Source: an uncultured Nitrososphaerota archaeon
GTDB lineage: Archaea > Thermoproteota > Nitrososphaeria > Nitrososphaerales > Gagatemarchaeaceae
NCBI GenBank assembly: GCA_963838925.1
Contig: CAWISW010000003.1
Span: forward strand, 320,001 to 384,000
Reading direction: 5' to 3'
DNA: 64,000 nt
Notes under the pieces: generated by a model
Database searches by the model: none
Seen by the model: the letters and a program-made list of their open reading frames with translations, nothing else
What the model was told of the DNA's origin: nothing
Shown here: positions 1 through 9,818 of the stretch, in pieces
How the letters are laid out: each line of letters begins with the position of its first letter
Position numbering within the stretch: position 1 is the first letter of the stretch
Position numbers and translations under genes: made by a program

Positions 1-74
1 ATCGGGACGTAGCCCTCAGGCAGCTTGTCGAAGCGCTTCGTGATCAGGTCGATGATCCCGTACTCGTCTAGCAT
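1..74 (-). CDS. thiL: Thiamine-monophosphate kinase, N-terminal fragment (runs off window)
   Basis: ATG at 74; MLDEYGIIDLITKRFDKLPEGYVPI resembles the ThiL N-terminus preceding GDD; directly downstream of the PGM gene. Confidence 0.6.
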   Translation of the reverse strand, partial: MLDEYGIIDLITKRFDKLPEGYVP

Positions 75-77
75 CGG

Positions 78-1382
78 TCAGGCACCGGCGCGCTTGACCT
101 TCAGGATGTACGAGTGGGCGAGCTGCTCGGCGTCCTTCATGCTCGGCGCCTCAGCGGAGACGCGTACGCCGTCCTCCGTGTTCGAGACCCTGATCAGCAC
201 CCACGAGGAGCTCGAGGTCCTGATCTTCAGCCCGTCGAGCGCGTCCGCCCCCGGGTTCTCCTTCTGAAGCTTCTTGACCGCGTACAAGGCTTTCTTGCGA
301 GGCATCCCCATCTTCTCTCGGGCTATGTGGTACGACTTCACCTGCCCGTAGACCTTGGTGCCTTTGCGCTTGATTGCGCCGACTATGAGCGCCGCGGCGA
401 CCATGGAGTCCCTGCAGTTGTTGAAGCTCGCGTCAATCACCCCTCCGCTGCTCCCCTCCCCTCCCAGCCTCACCCCTTTCTGTGCCATGAGCCCCACGAC
501 GTTGCCTTCTCCGACCTTGGCACGGAAGACCTGCCCGCCAGCCTCCTTGACGATGTCGTCGATAGCCTGCGTCGTGTCCACGGAGACCACGACGTCCTTC
601 TGGCTCATCGTCTGGAGGGCCTCCTTCATCGCCAGGGTGAGCATGTAGTCACCCGTCCGAGCCTTGCCGTCGCAGTCGACCAAGGCGAGCCTGTCCCCGT
701 CGCAGTCGAACGCGAAACCCACGTCCGCCCCCTCCTTCTTCACTGTCTTGCAGAGCATGTCCAGGGGATCGTTAGTAGGGTCTATGGTCCTGATGAAGAT
801 TCCCCGAGTGTCGCCTATCGTGGAGACAAGGCACCCGAGCTTCCGGAGTATCTCTGGGGCGTGCCCCACGGCCGCCCCTCCGTTGAGGTCGAGGACGACC
901 TTCACTCCTTGGGCGGACCCCTCGCCCGCCATCTCCACCATCTCTCTGTTGTAGGAGAACCCCTCGGAACGCATCAGCCTTCCGGGCGAGGCCGCCTCCT
1001 CCTTCTTCGGTCCCTTCCGCAGGACCTCGTCGAACTCGGACTGGTTGATTCCCCGGCCGTTGATTACGAACTTGAGGCCGTTCCACTCGGGCTCGTTGTG
1101 CGAGGCGGTCACGATGACCGCGGGCCTCCCCTTCCTCCTGCTCTCCCGGAATATGGCCGGCGTGGAGATCACCCCATAGTCGACGACGTCTGCGCCCGTC
1201 CCGAGGATTGCGCTGGTCACGACCCGCGAGGCTATCGGGCCGGTGGCCCTTGTGTCCCTCCCGAGGAGGAACTCGTCGGCCCCGAGGAGGCGGACGAACC
1301 TCCGCGCGTACTCCGCCATGTCCTCGGGTAGAAGGTCCGAGTTGAAGACCCCGCGGATGCCGCTGGTAGAAGTGACCGTCAA
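78..1382 (-). CDS. Phosphoglucomutase/phosphomannomutase family phosphohexomutase
   Basis: TSGIRG, TASHNEP, DCDGDR metal loop, GGEGSSG, IRVSNTE. Confidence 0.93.
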   Translation of the reverse strand: MTVTSTSGIRGVFNSDLLPEDMAEYARRFVRLLGADEFLLGRDTRATGPIASRVVTSAILGTGADVVDYGVISTPAIFRESRRKGRPAVIVTASHNEPEWNGLKFVINGRGINQSEFDEVLRKGPKKEEAASPGRLMRSEGFSYNREMVEMAGEGSAQGVKVVLDLNGGAAVGHAPEILRKLGCLVSTIGDTRGIFIRTIDPTNDPLDMLCKTVKKEGADVGFAFDCDGDRLALVDCDGKARTGDYMLTLAMKEALQTMSQKDVVVSVDTTQAIDDIVKEAGGQVFRAKVGEGNVVGLMAQKGVRLGGEGSSGGVIDASFNNCRDSMVAAALIVGAIKRKGTKVYGQVKSYHIAREKMGMPRKKALYAVKKLQKENPGADALDGLKIRTSSSSWVLIRVSNTEDGVRVSAEAPSMKDAEQLAHSYILKVKRAGA

Positions 1383-1564
1383 GGGACTATCTGACCCTCC
1401 TTTGATGACGGCGCAGTGGGAATTCCGTCAAGTCGCCTACTCATCGTGAACGGTTGTCGCATCTGCACTTAAAGCGCTTTTCACCGTGGAAGAAACGCCA
1501 AACTGCACTGCCGGAGGGAGCCTCGAAAAGTAATTATCGCTGCCTTCCAGTTATGTGGGTAGGC

Positions 1565-2242
1565 ATGAGCGAGGACGGCTTCGAGAGAGTCTGTGCCATC
1601 TGCGGCTCGGTAGTGCTTCTGGACTCCAGTTCCTGCAGGAGATGCGGTCATGACCTGATGGACTCTCCTCTGGAGGAGCAGGAACACGCCTCTCCAATCA
1701 GGCATGAGCCACTAGCGTCGATGCGAGTCTACAGAAGGCAGATCGGCACGTTCTTGATCCTCTTTGTCTTCGGATCTCTTCTGCTCGCCGGAGGGTGGGT
1801 CCTGGCATACTTCGGAGGCGTGTGGCGACTCTCAGCTGAAGATGCCTCGTTGGCAGTCTTCGCTAACTACCCGCAGTGTGCCGGATTCGCGTCGAGCTTG
1901 CGGGTCTTCTTCCCGATGTTCGGGTCGCTCGCCTCCAATGCGTCCTGCAGCCTCTACTCCTTGGATTCGGGCGGGCTCACCTTCGTCAGCCTCGGTGTGG
2001 CCTCGATGCTGGTCGGTCTGGTCGCCTTCAAGAAGCGCTTCTCGAGCGTGGGTGTGAGGATCAGCGCGTTCTGGTGGGCGCTCGCCCTGGCGATTCCACT
2101 GGTCGGAGGGATAATCGCCTATCTGAATGTCCGGGGGAACAATCGGACGAGCGCGATTGGCCTGGCGCTCCTGGGGGTGGAGACGCTGTTCGGCTCGGCA
2201 CTCCTCTACGTCCTGACCGGTTTCCCGCTGGCCTTCTTCTAG
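1565..2242 (+). CDS. Membrane protein with N-terminal zinc ribbon
   Basis: CAICG...CRRCG then ~5 hydrophobic segments; ATG 1565 preferred over TTG 1454. Confidence 0.7.
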   Translation: MSEDGFERVCAICGSVVLLDSSSCRRCGHDLMDSPLEEQEHASPIRHEPLASMRVYRRQIGTFLILFVFGSLLLAGGWVLAYFGGVWRLSAEDASLAVFANYPQCAGFASSLRVFFPMFGSLASNASCSLYSLDSGGLTFVSLGVASMLVGLVAFKKRFSSVGVRISAFWWALALAIPLVGGIIAYLNVRGNNRTSAIGLALLGVETLFGSALLYVLTGFPLAFF

Positions 2243-2354
2243 AAGCGCAGGGAAATGCCTCCGCGTAGACGCAACGAATCCTTTGTGTAACTCATGCGTC
2301 AAGAGAAGTTGAGTTCCCGTCTTTTGATTCCCTAATCGCCTTCTCAGCATTCAG

Positions 2355-2852
2355 ATGGCTCCGAAGATATTCAAGGCGAAGCGAAGCGCCAAGCTGGGGG
2401 AGTACAAGTTCACCCAGATCTTCATCGGCGCCGAGAACTCGCCCACTCTCCTCAGGCTCTTCGGTTCCCAGAGGACCATGTCGAAGATCGTCAGGCACCT
2501 GAAGGTCAGCATCGTGGATTCGGACTGGGGGATCTGGCTCGACCACAACACCGGGGCAGTGTGCGTGGGCTCGAAGTACCTCTCATCCGCGAAGATAAAC
2601 TGCCTCTACCTGGACGTGATACACGTCCTCGTCCACGTCAAGCAGTTCCTCGACGGCAAGGACCTGTTCGACCAGACCTTCGAGTACGTCGACCGCCCCA
2701 CAGAGATAGAGGCCTACCGGTACACCGTGGACGAGGCGAAGCGGCTCCAGATGAGCGAGGACGAGATCCTCCGCTACCTGAGGGTGGACGCCGTCGACGA
2801 CTCTGAGCTCGGGCGCCTCATCGAAAAGATAGGCGTGCGGCCCCGCCGCTGA
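2355..2852 (+). CDS. Hypothetical protein, zincin-like (HVLVH...EIEAY)
   Basis: Host-like codon usage; HxxxH plus downstream E resembles HEXXH proteases lacking the catalytic Glu. Confidence 0.7.
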   Translation: MAPKIFKAKRSAKLGEYKFTQIFIGAENSPTLLRLFGSQRTMSKIVRHLKVSIVDSDWGIWLDHNTGAVCVGSKYLSSAKINCLYLDVIHVLVHVKQFLDGKDLFDQTFEYVDRPTEIEAYRYTVDEAKRLQMSEDEILRYLRVDAVDDSELGRLIEKIGVRPRR

Positions 2853-2905
2853 GCTGCGACTCCTCGAAGCCTTTAGAAAGGCTCCGCCCTAAGAACAACC
2901 CTCGA

Positions 2906-4237
2906 ATGAAGTACGTGGAGGGAGCGAAGAAGGTGTTCTTGGACACGGGCACCCGCTTCCCACGGAAGATCATCTGGTCGGTCGCCCTGATAAAGCGCGA
3001 GGCGGCCAAAGCAAACTCTTCGCTTGGGCTGCTCGACCCTGAGATTGCCTCCGCGATAGTCGAGGCCTCCACGGAGGTAATGGAAGGGAAGCACGACTCG
3101 AAGGTCACCGTCGACGTCTTCCAGACCGGCTCCGGGACAGGGCTCAACATGAACCTCAACGAGCTGATCGCCGAGAGGGCCAACGAGCTGCTCGGGAAGA
3201 GCGGAGGCAAAGGTAGCGCCCACGCCAACGACCACGTCAACACGGGGCAATCCTCGAACGACGTGGGGCCATCCGCCATCAGAATCGCCGCGGTGTCACT
3301 CTTCAGCGAGGAGCTGGCGCCGTCCCTGGGGAAGGCCTCCAGGAGCCTCGTGGCGCTCTCGAAGCGCACCGCCGGAGTCTACAAGGCCGGAAGGACCCAT
3401 CTCAGGGATGCCCTGCCCGTCACTATGGGCCAGGAGTTCGCCGCGTACGCCGACGCGCTCGACCACGACCTCCTGCTCCTCCGGGGCGCCGTCGCTTACG
3501 CCAAGGAACTGCCCATCGGAGGGACGGCGGTCGGGACGGGGGTGAACGCGGGCCCTGGGTTCGGGGCCGCTGTCGTTCGGGGAATAAACAGCTCGACGAA
3601 GCTCGGATTCTCAGAGGCGAGGAGCAAGTTCCGCGCGATGAGGCTGCTCTCCGACCTCGTCGCGCTCAGCTCGATCATGAGCGTCACGGCGCTCGACGTC
3701 TGCAGGCTCTGCCAGGACATCAGGCTGATGTTCTCAGGGCCCCTAACAGGCCTCGGCGAGATAGAGATCCCCACGCAGGAGGAGGTCGCCGGCAGCAGCA
3801 TAATGCCCGGAAAGACCAACCCGGTCACGGTGGAGGCGGCCATGCTGGCGTCGGCGCAGGTCATGGGCCTTGACCGGGCGAACGAAGTCGCCGGTACGCT
3901 GGGCGAGTTCGAGCTCAGCATGGGCGTCCCCCTGGTAGGCTACAACGTCGCCTTGCAGATCTCGCTTCTCTCGGAAGCGCTCAGAAAGCTGTCCTCGGTG
4001 GTGCTGGACCACATCGCCCCGAACGTAAAGAAGAGCAGGGCCTTCGCAGAGGCCAGCCCGGCCCTTGTCACCGCGATAAGCCCCGCGATAGGCTACGACA
4101 AGGCGGCCAAGGTGGGAAAGAAGGTCGCGCGAGGGCTTTCGGTTAGGGACGGGCTCAGGCAGTTGGGGTACACGGACAGAGAGATCACAAAGATCCTCGA
4201 CCTCCGGAAGCTCGTCGACCCGAAAGCCGGAAACTAG
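2906..4237 (+). CDS. fumC: Class II fumarate hydratase / aspartate ammonia-lyase family
   Basis: [40 protein letters not shown] signature. Confidence 0.85.
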   Translation: MKYVEGAKKVFLDTGTRFPRKIIWSVALIKREAAKANSSLGLLDPEIASAIVEASTEVMEGKHDSKVTVDVFQTGSGTGLNMNLNELIAERANELLGKSGGKGSAHANDHVNTGQSSNDVGPSAIRIAAVSLFSEELAPSLGKASRSLVALSKRTAGVYKAGRTHLRDALPVTMGQEFAAYADALDHDLLLLRGAVAYAKELPIGGTAVGTGVNAGPGFGAAVVRGINSSTKLGFSEARSKFRAMRLLSDLVALSSIMSVTALDVCRLCQDIRLMFSGPLTGLGEIEIPTQEEVAGSSIMPGKTNPVTVEAAMLASAQVMGLDRANEVAGTLGEFELSMGVPLVGYNVALQISLLSEALRKLSSVVLDHIAPNVKKSRAFAEASPALVTAISPAIGYDKAAKVGKKVARGLSVRDGLRQLGYTDREITKILDLRKLVDPKAGN

Positions 4238-4249
4238 TGTCGAGCGGGT

Positions 4250-5188
4250 TTGAGCAGCAGAGCCACCTTCGTCTCGGTCGCTAAGGAATTCAAGGAGCAG
4301 CCTCTGCTCTTGCGTTCCTTCCAAGGGTCCGGGCGCTGGTCGGACCTGGGGAGCAGCAGCTACCCGATACTGGTCGGAGCGGGAGACTCCTACGCCGCTT
4401 CCTTGTGCGCTTCGTTCCTTGCCGGGCCTCCCGTGCTGGCGCTCGACCCGTACTCTCTCATGGAGTCGACAGGCTGGGCAAGGGGAAGGCCGGTCTACCT
4501 CGTCTCAATCTCTGGCGAGACAACGTCCAACATCGAGCTCGCCCGCGCCCTGAAGGGGACGGCCACCAGGACGGTGGCGATCACCTCCAACCCGAGCAGC
4601 AGGCTGGCCGCCGAGGTCGACAGCGTCGTCGAGCTCCCCTTCAGGCCGAAGGTCAAGTCCCCTGGCATCGCCTCCTTCACGCTCTCGCTCGCAGCCGCAC
4701 TCAAGGTCGCCGGACTCGACTCCAAGTGCGACTTTGAGAAGGTCTTCTCGCGTGCTGCATCCGTGTCCAAAGCAATCCGGATTGCGGGGAAGAGCGGCGT
4801 GACACACTTCACCGGCAACAACGAGCTCTATGCCGCCTCGGTTTACGGGGTGGCGAAGGTCTACGAGCTTCTCGGTGGGAGGGCGCAGGCGTCCCTCTTG
4901 GAGGAGTTCAGCCACATGCCCCTCTTCTCGCTCACGACCTCTGACACCGTCAACGTGGCCGAGTCGCAAGAGGGGCGCAAGGGAGCCCAGCTCTCTAGGA
5001 GGCTGAACGAAGGCGGGTTTGCTTCCTCGCTGATGAGCCTCGAAGGAACTCGCCTCGAAAGGCTCTACCTTCTCATATTTGCGATGCAGGCGGCTGCCAT
5101 AGACGCGGCAAGAGAAAGAGGACTGAAGGCCCCCTACTTCCTGGGCGCCAAGAAGAAGCTAAGAATCAGCGACGCGATGATCTACTAG
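4250..5188 (+). CDS. SIS-domain sugar isomerase/binding protein (GlmS C-terminal like)
   Basis: GAGDSY, SISGET, ITSNPSSRL, EEFSH. Confidence 0.8.
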   Translation: MSSRATFVSVAKEFKEQPLLLRSFQGSGRWSDLGSSSYPILVGAGDSYAASLCASFLAGPPVLALDPYSLMESTGWARGRPVYLVSISGETTSNIELARALKGTATRTVAITSNPSSRLAAEVDSVVELPFRPKVKSPGIASFTLSLAAALKVAGLDSKCDFEKVFSRAASVSKAIRIAGKSGVTHFTGNNELYAASVYGVAKVYELLGGRAQASLLEEFSHMPLFSLTTSDTVNVAESQEGRKGAQLSRRLNEGGFASSLMSLEGTRLERLYLLIFAMQAAAIDAARERGLKAPYFLGAKKKLRISDAMIY

Positions 5189-5541
5189 TGGCTTGCGCCA
5201 GAACCGCAGCCGCAGCCCTGTCCCTGGACGTTAGGGTTCTCGATCTTGAACCCCTGCCTCTGCATCGTGTCGATGAAGTCGATCTTCGAGCCCCTGAGGA
5301 TGTCGGCGTTGTTCTTGTCGGTGACTATCTTGAACGTGTCGACCTCTTCGACTAAGTCGTTGCCTCTCGGCTTGTCGGCGAGCTGCATCCCGTAGGTGTA
5401 ACCTCCGCTGCAGGCGCATCCGCCTGAGGCGTAAACATCAATCCTGAGAAAAGAGCCGTCCTCGTTCTGCTCCTTGAGTGCCTCGGAGAGCTTCTGCTTC
5501 GCGAGGGGCGTGAACTTGACTAGCGGCATCATCTTCTGCAT
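5185..5541 (-). CDS. A-type Fe-S carrier, HesB/IscA/ErpA family
   Basis: GGCACSG, FKIENPN, C-terminal CGCG. Confidence 0.9.
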   Translation of the reverse strand: MQKMMPLVKFTPLAKQKLSEALKEQNEDGSFLRIDVYASGGCACSGGYTYGMQLADKPRGNDLVEEVDTFKIVTDKNNADILRGSKIDFIDTMQRQGFKIENPNVQGQGCGCGSGASH

Positions 5542-5657
5542 GTTGGTTTTGGATGCCGGCAGGTCATATTTAGGCTATTCGGATTCCGGTTCTGCCAAAC
5601 AGACCGGGATGCGTCGGTTTCTTATATGACGTCAGCCGTTGTTTCATCGTCCCCCGG

Positions 5658-5825
5658 ATGGCAGAGTACAGGTACTGCGAGAAGTGCATGATGAGGACTG
5701 AGCACGAGACGGTCGTCGACGGCAGGGACTACAACCCGAGGGGAAGGGGGCTGTACAGGTGCAAGAAGTGCGGTAGGGTAAAGTCGATGCGGCACCTCCG
5801 CCCGAGCTCCGAGATCGGCTACTGA
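5658..5825 (+). CDS. Small zinc-ribbon protein (55 aa), not in ORF track
   Basis: MAEYRYCEKC...YRCKKCG...; TTATAT box at ~5622 upstream. Confidence 0.75.
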   Translation: MAEYRYCEKCMMRTEHETVVDGRDYNPRGRGLYRCKKCGRVKSMRHLRPSSEIGY

Positions 5826-5833
5826 AGCGCAGC

Positions 5834-6832
5834 TCAGGCGTACTCAGACCTGTCGACGACGTTCTTCAGCGGCTGCCCCCTGTAGTAGCGCGTGAGGTTG
5901 TCGATTGCCCCCTTCGCGACGCTCCCGGTGATTATCGCGCTGGGTCCAGAGGCGTGAGGGGTCCCGATGAAGTTCTCGAGCTCCAGGAAGGGCAGGTCGG
6001 GAGAGAACGACTCGCCCCCCGTCCCGTCGGGCCACCAGACGTCGGTCGCGTAGACGAAGCCCGGGTTCCTGACCAGCTGGTCGTACATGGCCTCCTTCTG
6101 GACCACCTCTCCCCTGGCGACGTTCACGATGGTCGCGCCACGCCTCATCGCTGCGAGCTCCTCCTTTCCGATGAGGCCCTTGGTGGCTTTCGTGAGGGGA
6201 ACCGCGAGTACCACGACGTCTGATTCCCGGAGGAGCCTCATCAGCCCGGCCCTCCCTCTCAGGAGCTTGACGCCCCGCTCTTTGACCGGATGCCTTCCCC
6301 AAGCGAGGACCTTCATCCCGAATGGCCTCACGAGCCGCGCGGTCGACCTGCCAATCCCTCCGTAGCCGACGACTCCGAGGGTCTTGTCCTTGTAGAACGT
6401 CACTTGCCTGCCCAGGTCGTCCAGCGGTTGGCGCACGAAGGCGCCCGCCCTGAGCTGGCGGTCGAACTTGACGATGCTCTTCCCTGCCGCCAGCATCAAG
6501 CCAATCGCGAACTCGGCCACCTCGTCCGAGTATGCCCCTGCGTTGCTACAGAGTGTCACCTTCTTGTCGAGGAGGTCGAAGCGCATCCTGTTGACCCCCG
6601 CGTTCCCGGTCTGGAAGAGGCGGAGGCTTCCCATCTTGGAGACTTCCTCCTTGCCGAGGGCCTTCGGCCACCCGTGGGTATAGACGCAGTCAATCAACGG
6701 GAGAACCCGCGCCTTCTCCTCCTCGTCCATGTCTTCGAGCCAGTAGATGTCAGCGAAGCGCTTGAGAGGCTCGAAGTCCTGCCTGCGATTGTCCGTCTGC
6801 GCCACGAGGAGCTTCCCTCGGCCTTTCCCCAT
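5834..6832 (-). CDS. D-isomer-specific 2-hydroxyacid dehydrogenase
   Basis: GVVGYGGIG, VNVARG, DVW, TPH. Confidence 0.9.
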   Translation of the reverse strand: MGKGRGKLLVAQTDNRRQDFEPLKRFADIYWLEDMDEEEKARVLPLIDCVYTHGWPKALGKEEVSKMGSLRLFQTGNAGVNRMRFDLLDKKVTLCSNAGAYSDEVAEFAIGLMLAAGKSIVKFDRQLRAGAFVRQPLDDLGRQVTFYKDKTLGVVGYGGIGRSTARLVRPFGMKVLAWGRHPVKERGVKLLRGRAGLMRLLRESDVVVLAVPLTKATKGLIGKEELAAMRRGATIVNVARGEVVQKEAMYDQLVRNPGFVYATDVWWPDGTGGESFSPDLPFLELENFIGTPHASGPSAIITGSVAKGAIDNLTRYYRGQPLKNVVDRSEYA

Positions 6833-6885
6833 CTGGAACCCTTTTAGGCGCAACATATTCAAACGATTCGTCGAAGTATTTCGTC

Positions 6886-7461
6886 ATGAGTCAGGCGAGG
6901 AGAATCAGCCCGGGAATCGCCTCGTCCCTGCTGGTCATCCTCCTGGTCGCCTCGGCGCTCCTGCTGGTCTACTCGAGATCCTCGAGCAGCGTCATAATCC
7001 AAGTCTTGGGGATGCTCGTCTCCATGGGGCTCGTATTCTACCTTAGCCACCCGCTGGGCCACTTCTTCACGGCGATGGCGTACGGAGTCGGCACCGACTA
7101 CTTCTTTGTGGGGAAGAGCGACTTTCGGAAGCTCCAGGTGAAGCCGATGAGCCTCGTGGGCGGTCTCATGCCGACCATCGGGACCAAGCTGAAGCGGGAG
7201 GACCTCACGAAGCTGTCGCCGCGACGCAGGGGCTACATCTTCGGAGCAGGGGTAATCTTCAGCAACGCGCTCGTCGGGGTCGAGCTCGTCTATGTCCTGG
7301 CTGCGGGCTTTAGTCTCCCGGCCGTCCTCCTCGGCGCCTTCTTCTTCGTGGGGACAGTGGCGACAGAGGTTCTATTCAGCACGAAGGTTGGCGACCTGGG
7401 CAAGATGGCGAACGAGTTCAAGAAGCAGGCGCCAGCGGGCGTGTCGACTCGCTCGCCCTAG
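6886..7461 (+). CDS. Membrane protein, M50-peptidase-like (HPLGH)
   Basis: Four TM segments, HPLGH and GD motifs. Confidence 0.6.
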   Translation: MSQARRISPGIASSLLVILLVASALLLVYSRSSSSVIIQVLGMLVSMGLVFYLSHPLGHFFTAMAYGVGTDYFFVGKSDFRKLQVKPMSLVGGLMPTIGTKLKREDLTKLSPRRRGYIFGAGVIFSNALVGVELVYVLAAGFSLPAVLLGAFFFVGTVATEVLFSTKVGDLGKMANEFKKQAPAGVSTRSP

Positions 7462-7802
7462 TCAGCCTCGTCATCATCCTCGTCCTCCTCCCGGATGGTC
7501 ACCTCGTCCGGCTCGATGCCGAGGGCCTTCAACTCCTCCTCGGCGTCCCTCAACGAGATTGACTTGTAGAAGTCGATGTCGTAAAGAAGGCCGACGCCCT
7601 CCCACCCCCTCTCCACAAGCTTCCTGCCGAGTTCCGCTGCCCTCGCGAGCCTCCTGCTGAGCTCTTGGCCGCGAGAAGCTACCTCGTTCAGAAGCTCCAT
7701 GTCAACTGGCGAGCCTTCGAGCCCGTCAATCTCCCAAGCAGGCTTTCCGAACAGGAAGACGGAAACGGTGACGAGGGGCTTCCCCCGACTAGTCTCGCTC
7801 AT
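7458..7802 (-). CDS. Hypothetical protein with acidic C-terminus
   Basis: Clean ORF with ATG and upstream TTAA box, convergent overlap with previous gene. Confidence 0.65.
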   Translation of the reverse strand: MSETSRGKPLVTVSVFLFGKPAWEIDGLEGSPVDMELLNEVASRGQELSRRLARAAELGRKLVERGWEGVGLLYDIDFYKSISLRDAEEELKALGIEPDEVTIREEDEDDDEAD

Positions 7803-7892
7803 CGACCAAGACCGCGGACACGTTAGTTAAGCGCCAATCAAATTATTGCGAAACTGATAAAGAGACATTGTCCGCTTTGCGGCGGCGTCTTC

Positions 7893-8537
7893 TTGCTATC
7901 TCTCGCGGCACTGCTGGTTGCCGCTGCCACGGTCGGAATCCTCCACATGTCCGCGCCTGACCACTGGGCGACGCTGATCATACTGGGACGCATCTCCAAG
8001 TGGAATCGGACTCGCCTGATGGGAGTCGGCGTGATGACCGCGGTGGGCCACGTGGCACTCTCCCTGCTGCTAGGCTTCGCGGTCTTGTATGTCGGGATAG
8101 CCTTCTCGCAGCAAGCTTCGCTCTACCTCACAGAGGCGACCGGGGCGACCATGGTCGTGGCGGGGCTCTTCTACGGAGTGAAGATGCTCAGGTCAAACGA
8201 GACCGAGGACTACGAGAAGGAGACTCAGGACGAGCTCAGGAAGGGCGAGGGGACGCTCGGGAAGCGCTTCCGCTACTTTGCGGTCCTGGGGGCCGCGCTC
8301 TCGCCCGACCTCAGCATACTGCCGATATTCCTCCTTGCAGCTCCCATCGGCCTGAGCTTCGCCTTCGACGCAGCCATCGTGTTCGCCGTCGCTTCCATCC
8401 TGGCGTTGCTGTTCTTCCTGCTGCTAGGTTCCGCGGGTTTGGCCAAGGCCTTCGAGAAAATCCCTCCCAAGTACAACGACGCCCTGGTAGGCTTTGTTAT
8501 CGCGGCAGTCGGAATCTACATTCTGGCGGCAGGCTGA
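7893..8537 (+). CDS. Ni/Co transporter-like membrane protein (NiCoT/RcnA/UreH-like)
   Basis: HMSAPDHW resembles HAxxxDH, plus GH motif and ~6 TMs. Confidence 0.7.
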   Translation: MLSLAALLVAAATVGILHMSAPDHWATLIILGRISKWNRTRLMGVGVMTAVGHVALSLLLGFAVLYVGIAFSQQASLYLTEATGATMVVAGLFYGVKMLRSNETEDYEKETQDELRKGEGTLGKRFRYFAVLGAALSPDLSILPIFLLAAPIGLSFAFDAAIVFAVASILALLFFLLLGSAGLAKAFEKIPPKYNDALVGFVIAAVGIYILAAG

Positions 8538-8568
8538 TTCCATAACGAAAGCAATGGCGCAAGAATTA

Positions 8569-8700
8569 TGCGGTCGCAGGGATTTGAACCCTGGTTGCTA
8601 GCTTACCCCGACCATCTTATCGGCCTCACCAATCAAGTGGTCATGGAGGGCTAACGTCCTAGACTGTCCTCCCGAAGGATCCAGACTGGACGACGACCGC
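8569..8700 (-). tRNA. tRNA-Gly(TCC) with two introns (17-nt D-loop intron 8664-8680; 40-nt 37/38 intron 8604-8643)
   Basis: Acceptor GCGGTCG/CGACCGC-A, T arm CAGGG-TTCAAAT-CCCTG, anticodon stem TTAGC/GCTAG, anticodon TCC at 8647-8645; both insertions fold as bulge-helix-bulge motifs. Confidence 0.92.
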
Positions 8701-8729
8701 GCAAGCACGAGCCTCGAAGACCCTCCTTT

Positions 8730-9401
8730 TTACCGTTGGTCTTCCATCGCCTTCTCGACCTCATAGACGACCCGCGCCGCCACGACGTGGGCATCGAGAG
8801 CCCTGTCGTCGATTCTCACGAGGCTGTCGAAGGCCTTGAGGTCTTTCGGGAGGAAGTGCCCCCGTGGGAAGCCCCCGACCGCCACTGCCGGACTCTTCTG
8901 CTGGACGAGGTCAGCTGCCAGATCCTCCAGTCGAGTCGGCGCTCCCTGGATTGAAAGACCGGCGGAGTAGTCCGTCCCCAGACCTCTCAGGAGCTGCGGC
9001 AAGGTCGCGTCCCTCACCAAGACCAGGCCTTCTCTAGGCCTCTCGACGAGCATCTTCTCCATCAGGTTCCTGAACCGCGCGTAGCTCTTCGGGGGCCTTG
9101 CGCCCTCGCCGAACTCGAGGACCGAGTCGTCGATGGTGTGGATGTAGACCCTAGCCTTCCCTTCCTGGTGCAGCGGCGTGCTCGTGACGTTGAGGAGCGT
9201 GAGATGGATGAGGTCTGGCCTTCCCCTCCTGTAGCCGTCGGCGAGCTTGAGCATCGCAGAATGGTGGATGCTCCGGTCGAGAAGGATGCTCCCGGGCTCC
9301 TGGCCGCGGCGCTCGGCGTCCTTCTTGACCGACGGGTCGCGCCTCAGGCCCTCCGGGATGAGCTCGAGGGCGGCCTCTGCGATGACAAAATGGAGCACCA
9401 C
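8730..9401 (-). CDS. nep1: 16S rRNA pseudouridine N1-methyltransferase Nep1/EMG1
   Basis: LLDRSIHH, RGRPDLIH, VYIHT, GGFPRGHF. Confidence 0.92.
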   Translation of the reverse strand: MVLHFVIAEAALELIPEGLRRDPSVKKDAERRGQEPGSILLDRSIHHSAMLKLADGYRRGRPDLIHLTLLNVTSTPLHQEGKARVYIHTIDDSVLEFGEGARPPKSYARFRNLMEKMLVERPREGLVLVRDATLPQLLRGLGTDYSAGLSIQGAPTRLEDLAADLVQQKSPAVAVGGFPRGHFLPKDLKAFDSLVRIDDRALDAHVVAARVVYEVEKAMEDQR

Positions 9402-9469
9402 GGCAGTCCAGCAAGACTTTTCGAGTCGCGATTTATTACTTTGCGCGAGGTAGGTGAGACATCCCGCCG

Positions 9470-9769
9470 ATAAAGCGGAAGGAGTCGAAGAGGCAGGCTA
9501 CCATCGCCGCACGGACGCTGCTCGAGCTCTCAGCCTCGACCTCGCACGACGACCTCGACCTGGCCAAGCGGCAGGCGGCACTAGCGAGGAAGCTGATGCT
9601 GAAGTACAACGTCAGGTTCGGCTGGGACCTCAAGAGGTTCTACTGCCACGGCTGCAAGGAGCTCATGGTCCCCGGGGTGAACGCGAGGGTGAGGCTCTCC
9701 AAGGGGATGGTCCTTACGACCTGCGTGAATTGCGGACGCGTAAACAGAAAATCGCTGGCGCAGGCTTAA
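9470..9769 (+). CDS. rnp4: RNase P protein Rpp21 (non-canonical start, probably ATA); absent from ORF track
   Basis: Frame reads IKRKESKRQ...ARKLMLKYNVRFGWDLKRFYCHGCKELMVPGVNARVRL...TCVNCGRVNR; conserved position before rps19e. Confidence 0.88.
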   Translation: MKRKESKRQATIAARTLLELSASTSHDDLDLAKRQAALARKLMLKYNVRFGWDLKRFYCHGCKELMVPGVNARVRLSKGMVLTTCVNCGRVNRKSLAQA

Positions 9770-9818
9770 ATATTCAAAGGGGAGGGCTCTTTAATCTACT
9801 TACCCAGAGAAAGAGAGA

